From Sphingomicrobium sp. (GTDB taxonomy: Bacteria > Pseudomonadota > Alphaproteobacteria > Sphingomonadales > Sphingomonadaceae), in the NCBI GenBank assembly GCA_030447545.1, contig JAUJOV010000005.1, positions 3,308-67,307 of the forward strand: a DNA stretch of 64,000 bases. Direction: 5' to 3'. The position numbers and the translations under genes were made by a program. This document shows, one piece after another, positions 9,447-21,110 of the stretch. The notes below the pieces were generated by a model. It made no database searches. It worked only from the letters and a program-made list of their open reading frames with translations, and was not told where the DNA came from. Within the stretch, counting starts at the first letter, position 1. Every line of letters starts with the position of its first letter.

Positions 9447-10229
9447 CTATCGAGTCTCCTGCCTTGCCTGGGTGCGGCGAACTTCGCGGCCGGCCTTCAT
9501 CCGGCCGAGGAGTCTGTCCACCATCTGCGCAGCGCCTTCGGCCGTGCGGATGTCTCCGAACTTGACTCCGGGAAGCTGGCTCCCGGTCTGCAACACGTTG
9601 AACCACACCACTTCCCCGGTGCGCAGATCGACGAGCGAAGCATAAGCGAACTGATTGCTTCCGCCTTGCGGAGCGCAGAAACCGACGATGCATCCAGCGA
9701 CGCCAAGCACCTGCAGCGCCGTGCGGCCGGTGGTCGCGATATTGTCCTGCGCGGTGAGGAACAGCGCATAGTCGAAGCCCGTCCTTCGCCCGAGCTCGAC
9801 CGCATCCTGGCCAAGCGTATATTCGAGGCCCCTGCCGCGCTTGGTCGGAAGCGCAGCGCCCGCATATTTGTGCAGGGCGATCGACTGGCCGACGGCAGAA
9901 TGCAGCCGCTCGAGCTCGGCCACCTGCTCCTCCCTGATGCCGGCAAGCTCGCTTCGGCGCGCGAGCACCTGCACCTTGCCGCCGGTTCCGCTCTGCTGCG
10001 CTCGCACCGCGTTGACGATGTGCTGCCGGGCCGCCTCGGTCCAGTCAGCGCGAGGCTCGGACATTCCGCCGGTGGTGATTGCGTTCACAGTGACGTCGGG
10101 CCGCATCACCAGCAGCCGGTAATCGCCCTGTGGCGGCGTGAACGTCACATCGGCGAACTGCCGCGTCTGCACGCAGGCGCTCGACGCGACGCTGAGCGCC
10201 AGCGCAAGCGCGATTCCGATTTTGCGCAT
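9447..10229 (-). CDS. Hypothetical lipoprotein
   Basis: MRKIGIALALALSVASSA-C lipobox-like; good codon usage; abuts the M48 gene; ASLVDLRTGEVVW motif. Confidence 0.75.
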   Translation of the reverse strand: MRKIGIALALALSVASSACVQTRQFADVTFTPPQGDYRLLVMRPDVTVNAITTGGMSEPRADWTEAARQHIVNAVRAQQSGTGGKVQVLARRSELAGIREEQVAELERLHSAVGQSIALHKYAGAALPTKRGRGLEYTLGQDAVELGRRTGFDYALFLTAQDNIATTGRTALQVLGVAGCIVGFCAPQGGSNQFAYASLVDLRTGEVVWFNVLQTGSQLPGVKFGDIRTAEGAAQMVDRLLGRMKAGREVRRTQARQETR

Positions 10230-10336
10230 TCGAATACTCCCCAGGCGCACGGCATTAGAAAGCGGCGGCCCCGCTAGCATTCCACCTGCAATCACTTCCC
10301 TGAACGGGAGGTGAAAAAGCAAACGAAATGAACGGA

Positions 10337-11980
10337 CTATTCATCCGGGCAGACGATGCCGGGAACGGCTGACAGGCACGCGCCGTCGCTGCCCGGCACC
10401 CGGCCAAGCCCGTACATCGCGGTGAGCGTCGGCAGGATATCGACTGCGGAGACGGGCTCACTGCGGTTCGCGCCCGCTGCGCCCGGGCGCCAGAACAGGA
10501 TCGGCACTCGGCGGTCATAGTCCCATGGGCTGCCGTGGGTCGCGACATAGCCGGCGCCCGGCGACGGGATCGGCATGATGAATTCCTTGAGCACCACGTA
10601 GAGCTCGCCCGAGCGCTGCGGGTCGAACGAGGCGCGGACGCGCTGGGCGATGGTCCAGCGGTCCGGGCGGCCGGTGGGCATGCGCATCGAGCGAAGCTGA
10701 CGCTCGGTGAACACCGCCGCGACTTGCGGATGCGTTTGGTAATAAGCAAGCGCTTCGCGCTCGACCCGCGAGCGGTCGGCGGCGGCAAGCGACCGGTCGA
10801 TATAGACGTCGGCGGCGAGATCGCCGAGCAGCACGGGCCCGGCAAGGCCGAGCTTCGCGCCGATCGCCTTGCCGAGCACCCCGGTGGACAGCGCGGCATC
10901 GGCGCGCGCGGCCTGGGCGATGCCCTTGAGCCGAAGCCGCTCCGGAATATCGGGCTGGCCATGGTCGGAGGTGAGCACCACCGCATAATCGAGCCGCTGC
11001 CGGTCGAGCAGGCGGAAGAAATCGCCCAGGTCGCGGTCGACCGACAGCAGCTGGAGGCACATCTCCTGCCCGCCGGTGCCATAGGTATGTCCGACGTAAT
11101 CGGTGGCGGACAGGCCGATCGACAGCAGGTCGGGGGAAGCGTCCGCTCCAAGGCGCAGCTCCTGGACCAGCCCGGCTGCCAGAGCGAGGGTCGCCGCATC
11201 CATCTCGGGCGAGATGCGAAAGGCGCGCGCGTCGCCGGCCGCGCGAGCGAAATTGCCGGGACCAACGGTGAGCGTCGGAGTCACTGCGATCGGAGCGGCC
11301 TTGCCGCGGCACAGCGGCGGCGGCACGAGCGGCTCGCGCACGCTTGCGAGCGATGTCGCGATCGCCGCGTTGGCGCTCGGGATCGTCGAGGGGACGCGGG
11401 CTGAGCGGAGGTCGGTGACGAACTGCTTGCCGTCCCAATTCCAGCGCTGGTCGGCGCGGTGGCCGCTCATCATCACCGCCGCCCGGTCCTTCGCCGAGAC
11501 GGCGACGTTGAGGCTGCCGGGCCAGCGCGCCTTGAGGAGATCGCCGAACGTCGAGCCGCGCAGGTGGTAGGGCGAAACCGTGTAGCTTCCGGCGGTGCCG
11601 GCCGTCGTCCCGGCGGGCCGCGGGATGCGCTCGTCCTCGGCGCAATAGACGCTCTTTTCCGGCCGCGCGACCGACTGATCGACCCAGTTGTTGGCGACGA
11701 TCCCGTTCCTGGCCGGGTGCGTGCCGGTGAGGATGGTCGAATGGCCGGGGCAGGTCTCGGTCGCGGCATGCGCCTGATAGCCATTGCGAAACACGGTGCC
11801 GCTCGACAGCCGCGCGAAGCCGCCGGTGAAGTGCGGACGATATTCGTCCCACAGGTCGCTCGAGAGCTGATCGACCGAAATGACGATGAGGAGACGCGGC
11901 GGCGCTGCGGCGCGGTGCGGCTGGGCTGTGGCAGACGTAGCGGCGAGCCCCGCGGCAAGGGCGAATACGAGCTTGCTCAT
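10337..11980 (-). CDS. Alkaline phosphatase superfamily protein (PafA/PhoK-like)
   Basis: Signal peptide; VISVDQL, TETCPGHSTILTG (Thr nucleophile), KDRAA, SATDYVGHTYG, TSDHG, HGSPWDYDRRVP. Confidence 0.92.
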   Translation of the reverse strand: MSKLVFALAAGLAATSATAQPHRAAAPPRLLIVISVDQLSSDLWDEYRPHFTGGFARLSSGTVFRNGYQAHAATETCPGHSTILTGTHPARNGIVANNWVDQSVARPEKSVYCAEDERIPRPAGTTAGTAGSYTVSPYHLRGSTFGDLLKARWPGSLNVAVSAKDRAAVMMSGHRADQRWNWDGKQFVTDLRSARVPSTIPSANAAIATSLASVREPLVPPPLCRGKAAPIAVTPTLTVGPGNFARAAGDARAFRISPEMDAATLALAAGLVQELRLGADASPDLLSIGLSATDYVGHTYGTGGQEMCLQLLSVDRDLGDFFRLLDRQRLDYAVVLTSDHGQPDIPERLRLKGIAQAARADAALSTGVLGKAIGAKLGLAGPVLLGDLAADVYIDRSLAAADRSRVEREALAYYQTHPQVAAVFTERQLRSMRMPTGRPDRWTIAQRVRASFDPQRSGELYVVLKEFIMPIPSPGAGYVATHGSPWDYDRRVPILFWRPGAAGANRSEPVSAVDILPTLTAMYGLGRVPGSDGACLSAVPGIVCPDE

Positions 11981-12007
11981 TGCTCCTGCGTAAGCAGGTG
12001 CGTGAGT

Positions 12008-13486
12008 TCAGTCCAGCTTCGCCCTCAGCCGTTCATTGACGACCTGCGGGTTGGCCTTGCCGGCCATCGCCTTCATCACCTCGCCGACGAAGAAGCCGAA
12101 CAGCTGCGGCTTGCCGCTTTTGTACTGCTCGACCTTGTCGGTGTTGGCCGCGAGCACCTGGTCGACTGCGGCATCGATCGCGCCGGTGTCGCTGGTCTGC
12201 TTCAGGCCGCGCTTCTCTACGATCTCGGCGGCGCCTTCACCCGTCTCGAGCATGATCTCGAACACCTGCTTGGACAGCGTGGTCGAGATCGTCTTGTCGG
12301 CAACCAGGCCGAGCAGCTCGGACGCACTCGCCGGCGCGACGGGGCATTCCTCCATGCTCTTGCCGAGGCGGTTCAATGCTCCGAACAGCTCGGCGGCTAC
12401 CCAGTTGGCGGCCTGAGCGGGAGCCGCGCCCGCCTCGAGCAGAGCGTCGAACCAGCGCGCGGTCTCGACCTCAGCGGTGAGCACCGCCGCGTTGTAGGGC
12501 GTGATGCCGACCCCCTCGTAGCGCTTGCGTTTGGCGTCGGGCAGCTCGGGCAGGCTGGCGCGGCATTCCTCGACGAACGCCTCGTCGAGCTCGAGCGGCA
12601 GAAGGTCGGGGTCTGGGAAATAACGGTAGTCGTGCGCATCTTCCTTGGAACGCAGCGCACGCGTGACTCCGCGGTCCGGGTCGAACAGTCGCGTCTCCTG
12701 GACGATTGTGCCGCCCTCCTCGATCAGGTCGACCTGGCGCCGTGCCTCATGCTCGATCGTCGCCATGACGAAGCGCACCGAGTTGACGTTCTTGGTCTCG
12801 GTCCGGGTGCCGAAGGGCTCGCCGGGCCTGCGCACCGACACGTTGACGTCGGCGCGCATCGAGCCTTCCTCCATGTTCCCGTCGCACGAGCCGACGTAGC
12901 GCAGGATTGCTCTTAGTTTGCGTAGGTAAGCTCCTGCTTCGGCCGGCGAGCGCATGTCCGGGCGCGAGACGATCTCCATCAGCGCGACGCCGCAGCGGTT
13001 GAGGTCGACGTAGCTCATCGTCGCATGCTGGTCGTGCATCAGCTTGCCCGCATCCTGCTCGACATGGATGCGCTCGATGCCGATGCGCCTGGCGGTGGCC
13101 TCGTCGTTTTCGTCGAGCAGGATCTCGACCTCGCCCTCGCCGACGAGCGGGTGGAACAGCTGGCTGATCTGATAGCCCTGGGGCAAGTCGGCGTAGAAAT
13201 AGTTCTTGCGGTCGAACCGGCTCCAGCGGTTGATCACCGCATCGAGCGCGAGTCCGGTGCGCACCGCCTGGCGGATGCATTCGCGGTTCGGCACAGGAAG
13301 CATCCCCGGCATGGCCGCGTCGACCAGGCTGACCTGCGTGTTGGGCTCGGCCCCGTAGGCCGTCGCGGCGCCGGAGAAGAGCTTCGAGGCCGTCGCGGTA
13401 ATCTGCGCGTGCACCTCGAGGCCGACCACGACCTCCCACTCGCCCGTCGCGCCGCTGATGCAGAAGGGTGCTGTAGCGTCAGCCAT
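12008..13486 (-). CDS. gatB: Asp/Glu-tRNA amidotransferase subunit B
   Basis: [62 protein letters not shown]; ATG overlaps gatA stop. Confidence 0.98.
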   Translation of the reverse strand: MADATAPFCISGATGEWEVVVGLEVHAQITATASKLFSGAATAYGAEPNTQVSLVDAAMPGMLPVPNRECIRQAVRTGLALDAVINRWSRFDRKNYFYADLPQGYQISQLFHPLVGEGEVEILLDENDEATARRIGIERIHVEQDAGKLMHDQHATMSYVDLNRCGVALMEIVSRPDMRSPAEAGAYLRKLRAILRYVGSCDGNMEEGSMRADVNVSVRRPGEPFGTRTETKNVNSVRFVMATIEHEARRQVDLIEEGGTIVQETRLFDPDRGVTRALRSKEDAHDYRYFPDPDLLPLELDEAFVEECRASLPELPDAKRKRYEGVGITPYNAAVLTAEVETARWFDALLEAGAAPAQAANWVAAELFGALNRLGKSMEECPVAPASASELLGLVADKTISTTLSKQVFEIMLETGEGAAEIVEKRGLKQTSDTGAIDAAVDQVLAANTDKVEQYKSGKPQLFGFFVGEVMKAMAGKANPQVVNERLRAKLD

Positions 13487-14958
13487 CACCACCACCTCTG
13501 AGGCTTTGCAGTGAACCCGGCCCGCTCCTCGATGGCAAGGCCGGCGTTCAGCACCCCCTGCTCGTCGAGCTCGCGCCCGATCAGGTGGAGCCCGAGCGGC
13601 AGGCCCTGCGCGTCGAGCCCGCCGGGCACCGACATTGCGGGAAGGCCGGCAAGGCTGGCGGGGACCGCGAATACGTCGTTCAAGTACATCGCCAGGGGAT
13701 CGGTCGTCTCGCCGATGCCGAACGCGGCCGAGGGCGCAGTGGGCGTGAGGATCAGGTCGCACTGTTCGAACGCGGCGGCAAAGTCGCGCTTGATCAGGCT
13801 GCGCACTTTCTGCGCCTTGGTGAAATAGGCCTCGTAGAAGCCCGCCGAGAGAACGTAGGTGCCGATCATGATCCGGCGCTTGACCTCCGCGCCGAAGCCC
13901 GCGGCTCGGGTGGCCGAGTACATGCCGTTGAGGCCGTCGGCCTCGACCCTGAGGCCGTAGCGGACGCCATCATAGCGCGCGAGGTTCGACGAAGCCTCGG
14001 CGGGCGCGATGATGTAATAGGTCGGAAGCGCGTATCTGGTATGCGCAAGGCTGATCTCGACCGGCTGCGCTCCAGCGTCCCTGAGCCACTCGATGCCGCG
14101 GTCCCACAAAGCGTTGATCTCCGCGGGGACTCCATCGATGCGATATTCTTTCGGGATACCGACGCGCTTGCCTCTGAGATCGCCAGACAATTCGCCTTCC
14201 CACGGCGGCACCGGCACGTCGAACGAGGTCGAATCCTTCGGATCGAACCCGGCCATGGCCTCGAGCAGGATCGCGCAGTCACGCACCGTCCTCGCCATTG
14301 GTCCTGCCTGGTCGAGCGAGCTTGCGAAGGCGACGATGCCCCAGCGCGAGCAGCGTCCGTAGGTCGGCTTGATCCCGCAGATGCCGGCGAATGCGGCGGG
14401 CTGGCGGATCGAGCCGCCGGTGTCGGTACCCGTCGCTCCGGCCGCGATGTTCGCCGCGACCGCGGCCGCCGAACCGCCGGACGAACCGCCGGGCGTCAAG
14501 GCGGCATTGCTGCCCTCCCTGCGCCTCCACGGCGAGATCACGGGGCCATAGGCGCTGGTCTCGTTGGACGAGCCCATTGCAAACTCGTCCATGTTCAACT
14601 TGCCGAGCATGCCCGCGCCCGCGCTGCGCAGATTGGCGGTGACGGTGCTTTCGTAGGGTGGTTTGAAGCCCGAGAGGATGCGGCTGCCCGACGTCGTGTC
14701 GACGCCGCGGGTTGCAAACAAGTCCTTGATGCCGAGCGGGATGCCTGCGAGCGGGCCGAACTCGGCCGACTGGCGCGCCTTGTCGGCAGCGTCCGCCGCG
14801 GCCAGGGCGTCGTCGGGGGTCTCGACCGTATAGGCATTGAGCGACCGGGCGGCCGCCACGGCCGAATTGTACTGCTCGGCGATTTCCCGCGCGGTAAACT
14901 CACCGGAGCGGAAGCCGTCGCGAAGCTCGGCGATCGTGAGGGTCGTCAGATCGGTCAC
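13486..14958 (-). CDS. gatA: Asp/Glu-tRNA amidotransferase subunit A
   Basis: Amidase signature [47 protein letters not shown]. Confidence 0.98.
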   Translation of the reverse strand: MTDLTTLTIAELRDGFRSGEFTAREIAEQYNSAVAAARSLNAYTVETPDDALAAADAADKARQSAEFGPLAGIPLGIKDLFATRGVDTTSGSRILSGFKPPYESTVTANLRSAGAGMLGKLNMDEFAMGSSNETSAYGPVISPWRRREGSNAALTPGGSSGGSAAAVAANIAAGATGTDTGGSIRQPAAFAGICGIKPTYGRCSRWGIVAFASSLDQAGPMARTVRDCAILLEAMAGFDPKDSTSFDVPVPPWEGELSGDLRGKRVGIPKEYRIDGVPAEINALWDRGIEWLRDAGAQPVEISLAHTRYALPTYYIIAPAEASSNLARYDGVRYGLRVEADGLNGMYSATRAAGFGAEVKRRIMIGTYVLSAGFYEAYFTKAQKVRSLIKRDFAAAFEQCDLILTPTAPSAAFGIGETTDPLAMYLNDVFAVPASLAGLPAMSVPGGLDAQGLPLGLHLIGRELDEQGVLNAGLAIEERAGFTAKPQRWW

Positions 14959-14971
14959 GAGTCTTTGTTCC

Positions 14972-14999
14972 TGGAGCCCGGGTCGCGGCCCGGGATGAT
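14972..14999. repeat. Single REP-like hairpin between gatC and gatA
   Basis: TGGAG-CCCGGG-TCGCGG-CCCGGG-ATGAT palindrome in the short intergenic gap. Confidence 0.55.
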
Positions 15000-15019
15000 C
15001 GAATGCTGTCCTGCGGCCA

Positions 15020-15307
15020 TCACTCGATCACCTTGGGCACCGCGAAGAAGCCGTGCTCGGCGACCGGCGCGTTGCCGAGGATTTCGTCGCGGCACTCGCC
15101 GTCGGTCACCTGGTCGTCGCGCAGGCGCAGCGCGTTGGGCACAACCGCGGTCAACGGCTCGACGCCGGCGGTGTCCACCTCGCCCAGCTGCTCGACCCAG
15201 TCGAGGATGTTGTTGAGCTCGGGCACAAGGCGTTCGAGCTCCTCCTCGCTCATCTCCAGTCTCGCCAGGCGGGCGATATGGCGCACCTGTTCGGCGGTAA
15301 CGGACAT
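15020..15307 (-). CDS. gatC: Asp/Glu-tRNA amidotransferase subunit C
   Basis: [40 protein letters not shown]. Confidence 0.97.
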   Translation of the reverse strand: MSVTAEQVRHIARLARLEMSEEELERLVPELNNILDWVEQLGEVDTAGVEPLTAVVPNALRLRDDQVTDGECRDEILGNAPVAEHGFFAVPKVIE

Positions 15308-15383
15308 AAATCTCCCAGCTGCGATGCATTGCCGAGCAATGCCTGGGCGCGGCTAGCAGGGGCATTACGCCCCTTCAAGCGCG

Positions 15384-17068
15384 CTACGCGATCGGCTGGC
15401 CGACGGGCTTTCCGTCGACGTACAGCTGCCGACGGGTGACTGGCCGAAGCTCGATCCGAGCACGCCCAAGGTCGACCCCCTGCACCGCCGGGGCGGGGGG
15501 AACGGCCTCGCTGCCGACCGGCTCGCGGAGGTCCAGGACGTGCGAGCCAAGACTGCGCTCCTCGCCTGAGCTGACGAGCAGGATCAGTCGGTTCGAGTCG
15601 AGCCGAAGGAGCGCGCACCGGCTCTCCTCCGGACACAGCCGGCGCGCCGCAATCTGGCGCAGGAGGTCGGGTGTAAGCTGGACGTCGCCGGAGAGTGCAC
15701 GAACCCGGCCCGACAGATCCTCCGCCGCGCTTGCCGCCCGGCTGCTTTCCTGCAGAGCCCAGCGGTCGTTCGACTTCAACGCTTCCACTGCGAGCGAGCG
15801 CCACTATGCCGGCCCGCTGCTCGCGAGCCTGGAAAGCCGCTCGCGGCCCGCGGGGCCGAAGTCGAACGCCATTGCCGCCCAGTCGAACTCAGCCGGCTCG
15901 ACCTTTCCGGCCTCGAGCCGAGCGAGCTGGGAGCGGGCGCTGATCGCCCCGAAGTCGAGGATCGGCAGTGCAAGGAACAGCGCGAGCCCGGTGAGCCCGA
16001 TTGCGAGCGACGTCTGCATCGGGCGGAGCCGATCGTCGAAATGTGCGTGTGCGCGCCCGCGCCAGATCGACCACCAGCCGGCAAGGCCATAGGCGATCGC
16101 CACTCCGACCGCGATCGCTCCCCAGATCCGCTCGGGCGTCCAGCGATACTGGCCAATGCGCAAGCCCATCGACACGGCGGCAAGAAGTGCGAGCGGAAGG
16201 ACCGCCGCCACCAGCGCAAGCGCCGACCAGTGCAGCACGGGGTTGCGCGAACGCTCCTCCACGCCCGTGCCGATCACGGCATTGGCGAGGAGGACCGCCC
16301 CGGCTCCGGCGAGGAGGAGCAGCGGCGTGGTCGGCACGTCCGCGGCCCACAGCCCGCCGAGCCCGGTGAACGGAAGCGACGCAAGGAACAGCAGCAGGGC
16401 CGCGGCGAGAACCGGCGCGAGCACCGACAGGACCAGCATCGCCAGCCGCTCGAGCGTGGTGAGCAGGCCGTCGCGCTCGCGCAGCAGGCCGGCGGCCGAG
16501 CCGAACGCGAAGCCGCCGAGCATCCACGCGAACCAGGTCTCGTCGAGCAACTCCTCGAGGAGCTCCACGCCGATCAGGCCGAACAGGCCCGCGATGAGCA
16601 ATGCGAGCAGGAAGGTGATGCCGGTGAAGCCGAGGTTGCAGCCCCGATCACGGCGTCGGTCCACGCGTGGCGGTGGAGCCTGGGATAGGGGAAGCGCCAG
16701 CCCCCTTCGTCGCGCACCGTCTGGAACAAGGGCTCGGCGAGCAGCACCGCGAAGACGCCGGAGAGGAACGGCCATTCGAAGATGGTCGGATTTGCGTTGT
16801 ACCCGGCGGTGAACCAGCCGACGAGCGCGATCACAGCGCCCCAACCGAGCGCGAACATCGTAGCCCAGTGCAGCCGCTTGAGCTCGACCGTGAGCGCGAA
16901 TGACAGGGTCACGATGGCGACGAAGGAGGCGAGCGCCTGACGCGACGGGGCAAGCTCGCGGGCGTCTGTCAGCAAGTGGAAGGCGAGCCCCGCAGCCGAG
17001 CAGATTGCGGCAAGGACCCACGGCCTGCCCGGCCAGTCGGCCAGATCCTGTTCCTGGCGCAGGCTCAT
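15384..17068 (-). CDS. DUF4153-like multi-pass membrane protein (frameshift ~16640 and in-frame TAG at 15804-15806)
   Basis: Three ORF pieces join into one membrane protein; LRIGQYRWTPERIW and ISARSQLARL motifs. Confidence 0.7.
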
Positions 17069-17262
17069 CGAGTCCCTCCCCCGGCGGTGGACATCGGGAA
17101 GCTGTGTGGCAGTCGATCGGGTGGCGGACAAGGCGGTGCTCCCTTCATGTGACGCCTGCCACCCTGCCCCGCTTCGTGATGAGCGCCATGAGCAAGTGCT
17201 GAGCATTTGGTGAAAAGCCGCACCTTGCCGGGCAGGACGCGGGTCAATAGGGCGGCTCGCCC

Positions 17263-18369
17263 ATGTGCGCGCGCCGCTTCCTCCTCTTCATCTTCGTCCT
17301 GATCCTTCTCTCGGTGGGGGCCGCCTTCGCCGTCCACCAGTGGGGCACCGAGGTGCTGATGCGCCAGGCCGTGCCCAAGGGCCGCTTCGAAGCCGCCGAG
17401 GCGGGAAGCGGGCCCGATTATGCAAAGCTCGAAAGCTGGATTGCCAGGCCCGAACTCCCGGACAACCCTTCGCACTGGCTGCCGGATGGCTTCGCCGACA
17501 CGCGCAAGGGGAGCGCAGCGGTCTTCTACGTCCACCCGACGACCTATCTGCTGCGCGATCGCTGGAACGGTCCGCTCAGCGGCCATTCCGACAGCGAGTT
17601 CCGTGCGGCGCTGTTCGTGCGCAGCCAGGCGAGCGCGTTCAACCATGTCGGAGAGGTCTGGGCGCCGCGGTACCGGCAGGCAGCCTATGGAGCGTTCCTG
17701 CTGAAGAACGAGGACGCTCAAAAGGCGCTGGACCTCGCCTATGCCGACGTGAAAGCCGCCTTCGATCGCTTCCTGAGCCAGGTTCCGAACGGACGGCCGA
17801 TCATCCTCGCAGCGCACAGCCAGGGCGCGCTGCATCTGTCGCGGCTGCTTCAAGAACGAAGGGGCGAGCTGCGCAACCGGCTCGTCGCGGCCTATGTGGT
17901 CGGCTGGCCCTTGAGCACTGCCGCCGATCTGCCGCCGATGGGCTTGCGCGGCTGCGCGGCACCCGACGAGGCGGGTTGCGTGCTATCCTGGCAAAGTTTC
18001 GGCGAGCCCGGCAACCCCGACATCGTGCTCGATGCGTGGCAGGGGAGCGAGGGTCCAGCGGGCGTGAAGCGCAAGCGGGAGGACATGCTGTGCGTCAATC
18101 CGCTGACGGGCACAGCCGGCGGAGCCGCACTGCCGCAGGCGAACCCGGGGACGCTCGTGCCGACGCCGGACCTTGCGAGCGGCACGCTCGAGCCAGGCCG
18201 GGTCGGAGCGCGCTGCGAGGACGGGTTCCTGACGGTGTTCGGCGATATCCCGCCGCTCGGGCCCTATGTGCTCCCGGGCAATAATTATCACGTCTACGAT
18301 TATGCCTTGTTCTGGGCGGCGGTCCGGCGCGATGCCGAGCGGCGGTTGGCGGCATGGCGGCGCCGCTGA
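17263..18369 (+). CDS. DUF3089-family alpha/beta-hydrolase-like protein
   Basis: [29 protein letters not shown] nucleophile elbow, [17 protein letters not shown]; N-terminal TM anchor. Confidence 0.88.
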   Translation: MCARRFLLFIFVLILLSVGAAFAVHQWGTEVLMRQAVPKGRFEAAEAGSGPDYAKLESWIARPELPDNPSHWLPDGFADTRKGSAAVFYVHPTTYLLRDRWNGPLSGHSDSEFRAALFVRSQASAFNHVGEVWAPRYRQAAYGAFLLKNEDAQKALDLAYADVKAAFDRFLSQVPNGRPIILAAHSQGALHLSRLLQERRGELRNRLVAAYVVGWPLSTAADLPPMGLRGCAAPDEAGCVLSWQSFGEPGNPDIVLDAWQGSEGPAGVKRKREDMLCVNPLTGTAGGAALPQANPGTLVPTPDLASGTLEPGRVGARCEDGFLTVFGDIPPLGPYVLPGNNYHVYDYALFWAAVRRDAERRLAAWRRR

Positions 18370-18836
18370 TCAGCGCCAGCGCGGCCGAGTTCGCGGCCAG
18401 CGTCCCACACGGCAAGCTCGCGGGGCTCGACGTCGGCACCAGGACCATCGGCCTGGCGACCTGCGATGCCGGCTGGAGCTTCGCCGGGCCTGCCGAGACG
18501 ATCCGCCGGACCAGGTTCACCGCCGACCTCGAACAGCTGCGCGAGTTCGTTGCGCGCAACGGCATCGTCGGGCTGGTCGTCGGGCTGCCGCTCAACATGG
18601 ACGGAAGCGACTCCCCGCGCACGCAGTCGGTGCGCGCGTTCGCTCGCAACCTCGCTCCGCTCGGCCTGCCGGTGCTGCTGTGGGACGAGCGCTGGTCGAC
18701 CCAGGCGGTCGAGCGGGCGATGATCGAGGCGGACGTCAGTCGGGCGAGGCGCGCCGAGAAAGTCGATGCGCTCGCCGCCGCACACATCCTCCAGGGCGCG
18801 ATCGACGCGCTGGCCAACCTGCCGCGCGACCATTAG
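18354..18836 (+). CDS. ruvX: RuvX/YqgF pre-16S rRNA nuclease
   Basis: [40 protein letters not shown]. Confidence 0.95.
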   Translation: MAAPLISASAAEFAASVPHGKLAGLDVGTRTIGLATCDAGWSFAGPAETIRRTRFTADLEQLREFVARNGIVGLVVGLPLNMDGSDSPRTQSVRAFARNLAPLGLPVLLWDERWSTQAVERAMIEADVSRARRAEKVDALAAAHILQGAIDALANLPRDH

Positions 18837-18847
18837 GCGGCGAGTTC

Positions 18848-19732
18848 GTGGACCTGTTGTCGATCGATTCACTATCCGACGAGCAGATCGCAACGCTCCT
18901 CGAGCGCGGCGAGCATTGGTTCGAAGAGAACCGCGCCCGACGGCCGGCCGAGCCGCTCAAGGGCAGGCTGGTCTTGAACCTGTTCTATGAGCACTCGACG
19001 CGTACTGCGATGTCGTTCGCGGCCGCGGCGCACCGGCTGGGCGCCTCGCCCCTGTTCCTGCCCGTCGAGCAATCGTCGGTGAAGAAGGGCGAAACGTTCG
19101 AGGACACCGCGCGAACACTCGGCGCGATGCGGCCGGACTGCCTCGTCCTGCGCCACCGCGAGAACGGGGCGCCGGCGCGCATGGCCGGCATGGTCGAGTG
19201 CCCGGTGATCAACGCCGGCGACGGAACCAACGAGCATCCGACCCAGGCGCTGCTCGACGCACTTGCGATCCGGCTGCGTTTTCGGCGAATCGAGGGGCTG
19301 AAGGTCGCAATCCTGGGCGACATCCGGCACAGCCGGGTCGCTCATTCCAATGCGCTGCTGTTGCCGAGGCTCGGAGCGACGGTGCGCCTCGCCGGGCCAG
19401 CGATGCTGATGCCCGACGAGCTGCTTGCGACGCCGTCTGTCGACGAGGCGATCGAAGGCGCGGACGTGGTGATGATGCTTCGCGTCCAGAGGGAGCGGCT
19501 TGCCGAAGAGCTCGGCGACGCTCCGGGCGAATATCTCGAGCGCTACGGCCTGACGCCAGAGCGGCTGGCGCGCGCGGCCCCCGGTGCGGTCGTGATGCAC
19601 CCCGGGCCAATGAACCGGGGCGTCGAGATCGCCGACGAAATCGCTGACGATCCCGAGCGCTCGCTAATCCTGCTTCAGGTCGAAGCCGGAGTAGCGTTGC
19701 GGATGGCCTGCCTGGAGCTGCTTCTGGCCTAG
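18848..19732 (+). CDS. pyrB: Aspartate carbamoyltransferase catalytic subunit
   Basis: FYEHSTRT, SSVKKGET, INAGDGTNEHPTQALLD, GDIRHSRVA, LRVQRER, MHPGPMNRGVEI; GTG at 18848. Confidence 0.96.
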   Translation: MDLLSIDSLSDEQIATLLERGEHWFEENRARRPAEPLKGRLVLNLFYEHSTRTAMSFAAAAHRLGASPLFLPVEQSSVKKGETFEDTARTLGAMRPDCLVLRHRENGAPARMAGMVECPVINAGDGTNEHPTQALLDALAIRLRFRRIEGLKVAILGDIRHSRVAHSNALLLPRLGATVRLAGPAMLMPDELLATPSVDEAIEGADVVMMLRVQRERLAEELGDAPGEYLERYGLTPERLARAAPGAVVMHPGPMNRGVEIADEIADDPERSLILLQVEAGVALRMACLELLLA

Positions 19733-21108
19733 CGCGAAGCGAGCTGGACCGGAGCGTCGCCGGCGGCCGTGCGCACGAAGCAGCCGCCGCCGCGGCCGCG
19801 CAGCTGGTTGCAGCGCGCGATCGCTGCGCGCTGGCGTGCAAAGCACATGATCGCCAGGCGCCACACCCTGCCGCGCGGGCCGGCACAGCGGGCGCGCCGC
19901 GGCGTGTAGTTGCGCAGCGCCGGATAGCGGCCGGTGAGCTGCTGCCAGGCGAGCTGCACGCGCTGCGGCGAGCCATAGGCGCCCAGCTGGACGACCGCAT
20001 TGGACCTGCCGCGAGCAACCGGCATCGCCGCCTTTCGAAGTGACGCGGGCTTGGCCTTGTTCCCAGCCGGCTTGGCCGGCGCAACGCGCTCGCGCGGGGC
20101 AAGAGCGCCAAATGCCGAAGGCGCTTCGGCCGCCATCATCGCCTGGACGAAGGTCATCGACTCGGCCTTGGGCGTGGGCTTTGCAGGCTCGGGCTCGGGC
20201 GCGGGAGCCGGCTCGGCCGCGGCGACCGCGATCGGAGCCGGTTCGGGAGCCGTGAAGGCGGGCGCAGCGACCGCTTGAGGCGGAGCGGGAACCGGTGCAG
20301 CGACCGGCACCGGCTGCGGAGCGAATACAGGAGCCGGAACGACGGGTGCAGCCTGGGCATAGCGCGTGTCGCTGCTCCGGCTGAGCGCGAGCCGAACGGG
20401 CTGCCCGGGATCCGACGCCGCCGGAGTGACTCCGATAAGCGCGGCGACCTGGTCGGACGGCCGCGCGGGCTTGGCGAGCGCCATCCACTGCTGGATCCGT
20501 TGGTCCACCTGGCCCGGAGAAAGATCCTGCTCGGCGATGGTTCGGGCGGCCATCCAGTCGCCGGCAAGCGCGTGGGCAAGCGCAAGGTTCTGCCGGACGC
20601 GCGCCTCGGCACCGATCGCGCGTGCGGCCATGTCGAGCAGCTGAACCGCTTCATTGGGCCGGCCGGCAATTGCCAGCGCAAGCCCGTGATCGGACGGATC
20701 GATCATCCCGCGCCCGGATTCGAGCAGCGCGAGCGCGTCAGCATTCCTGCCCTGCGCAATCTCGACCAGCGCCAATTTGAGGACGACCTGGGGCTGGGCC
20801 GGAGCAAGCGTCAGCGAATCACGATAAGCGCTCGCGGCGGAGGCGAACCGGCCCGCGGCAAAATAGGCATTGCCAAGCAGGGTGCGCAGCGCCGCATCGT
20901 CGGCTCTGTTCTCGACCGCTCGCTCAGCGAAATTGCTGGCCGAGGCGTAGTCGCCCGAGCCAAGCGCCATCTGCGCCCTCAGCGCGAACGCGAGGTTGGG
21001 ATTGGTTCTGACCGCGGAGCCCTCGCGGGCCATCGGCCCGGCGCATCCCGCGAGAATAGCGACAAGCGCGACTGCGGAAACGGCGGATCCGAAACGAAGC
21101 GCTTTCAT
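19729..21108 (-). CDS. TPR- and SPOR-domain lipoprotein
   Basis: Lipobox LAG-C, TPR repeats (LLGNAYFAAGRF; RQNLALAHALAGDW), Pro/Ala linker, SPOR start VVQLGAY. Confidence 0.85.
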   Translation of the reverse strand: MKALRFGSAVSAVALVAILAGCAGPMAREGSAVRTNPNLAFALRAQMALGSGDYASASNFAERAVENRADDAALRTLLGNAYFAAGRFASAASAYRDSLTLAPAQPQVVLKLALVEIAQGRNADALALLESGRGMIDPSDHGLALAIAGRPNEAVQLLDMAARAIGAEARVRQNLALAHALAGDWMAARTIAEQDLSPGQVDQRIQQWMALAKPARPSDQVAALIGVTPAASDPGQPVRLALSRSSDTRYAQAAPVVPAPVFAPQPVPVAAPVPAPPQAVAAPAFTAPEPAPIAVAAAEPAPAPEPEPAKPTPKAESMTFVQAMMAAEAPSAFGALAPRERVAPAKPAGNKAKPASLRKAAMPVARGRSNAVVQLGAYGSPQRVQLAWQQLTGRYPALRNYTPRRARCAGPRGRVWRLAIMCFARQRAAIARCNQLRGRGGGCFVRTAAGDAPVQLASR

Positions 21109-21110
21109 GG

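Noticed and set aside
18266-19732. 488-aa extended PyrB, and similarly extended ClpP, GatB, MiaA, RsmA and GuaB ORFs
   Set aside because: Extensions come from upstream alternative starts or frameshift run-on overlapping neighbouring genes; conserved motifs define shorter genes.
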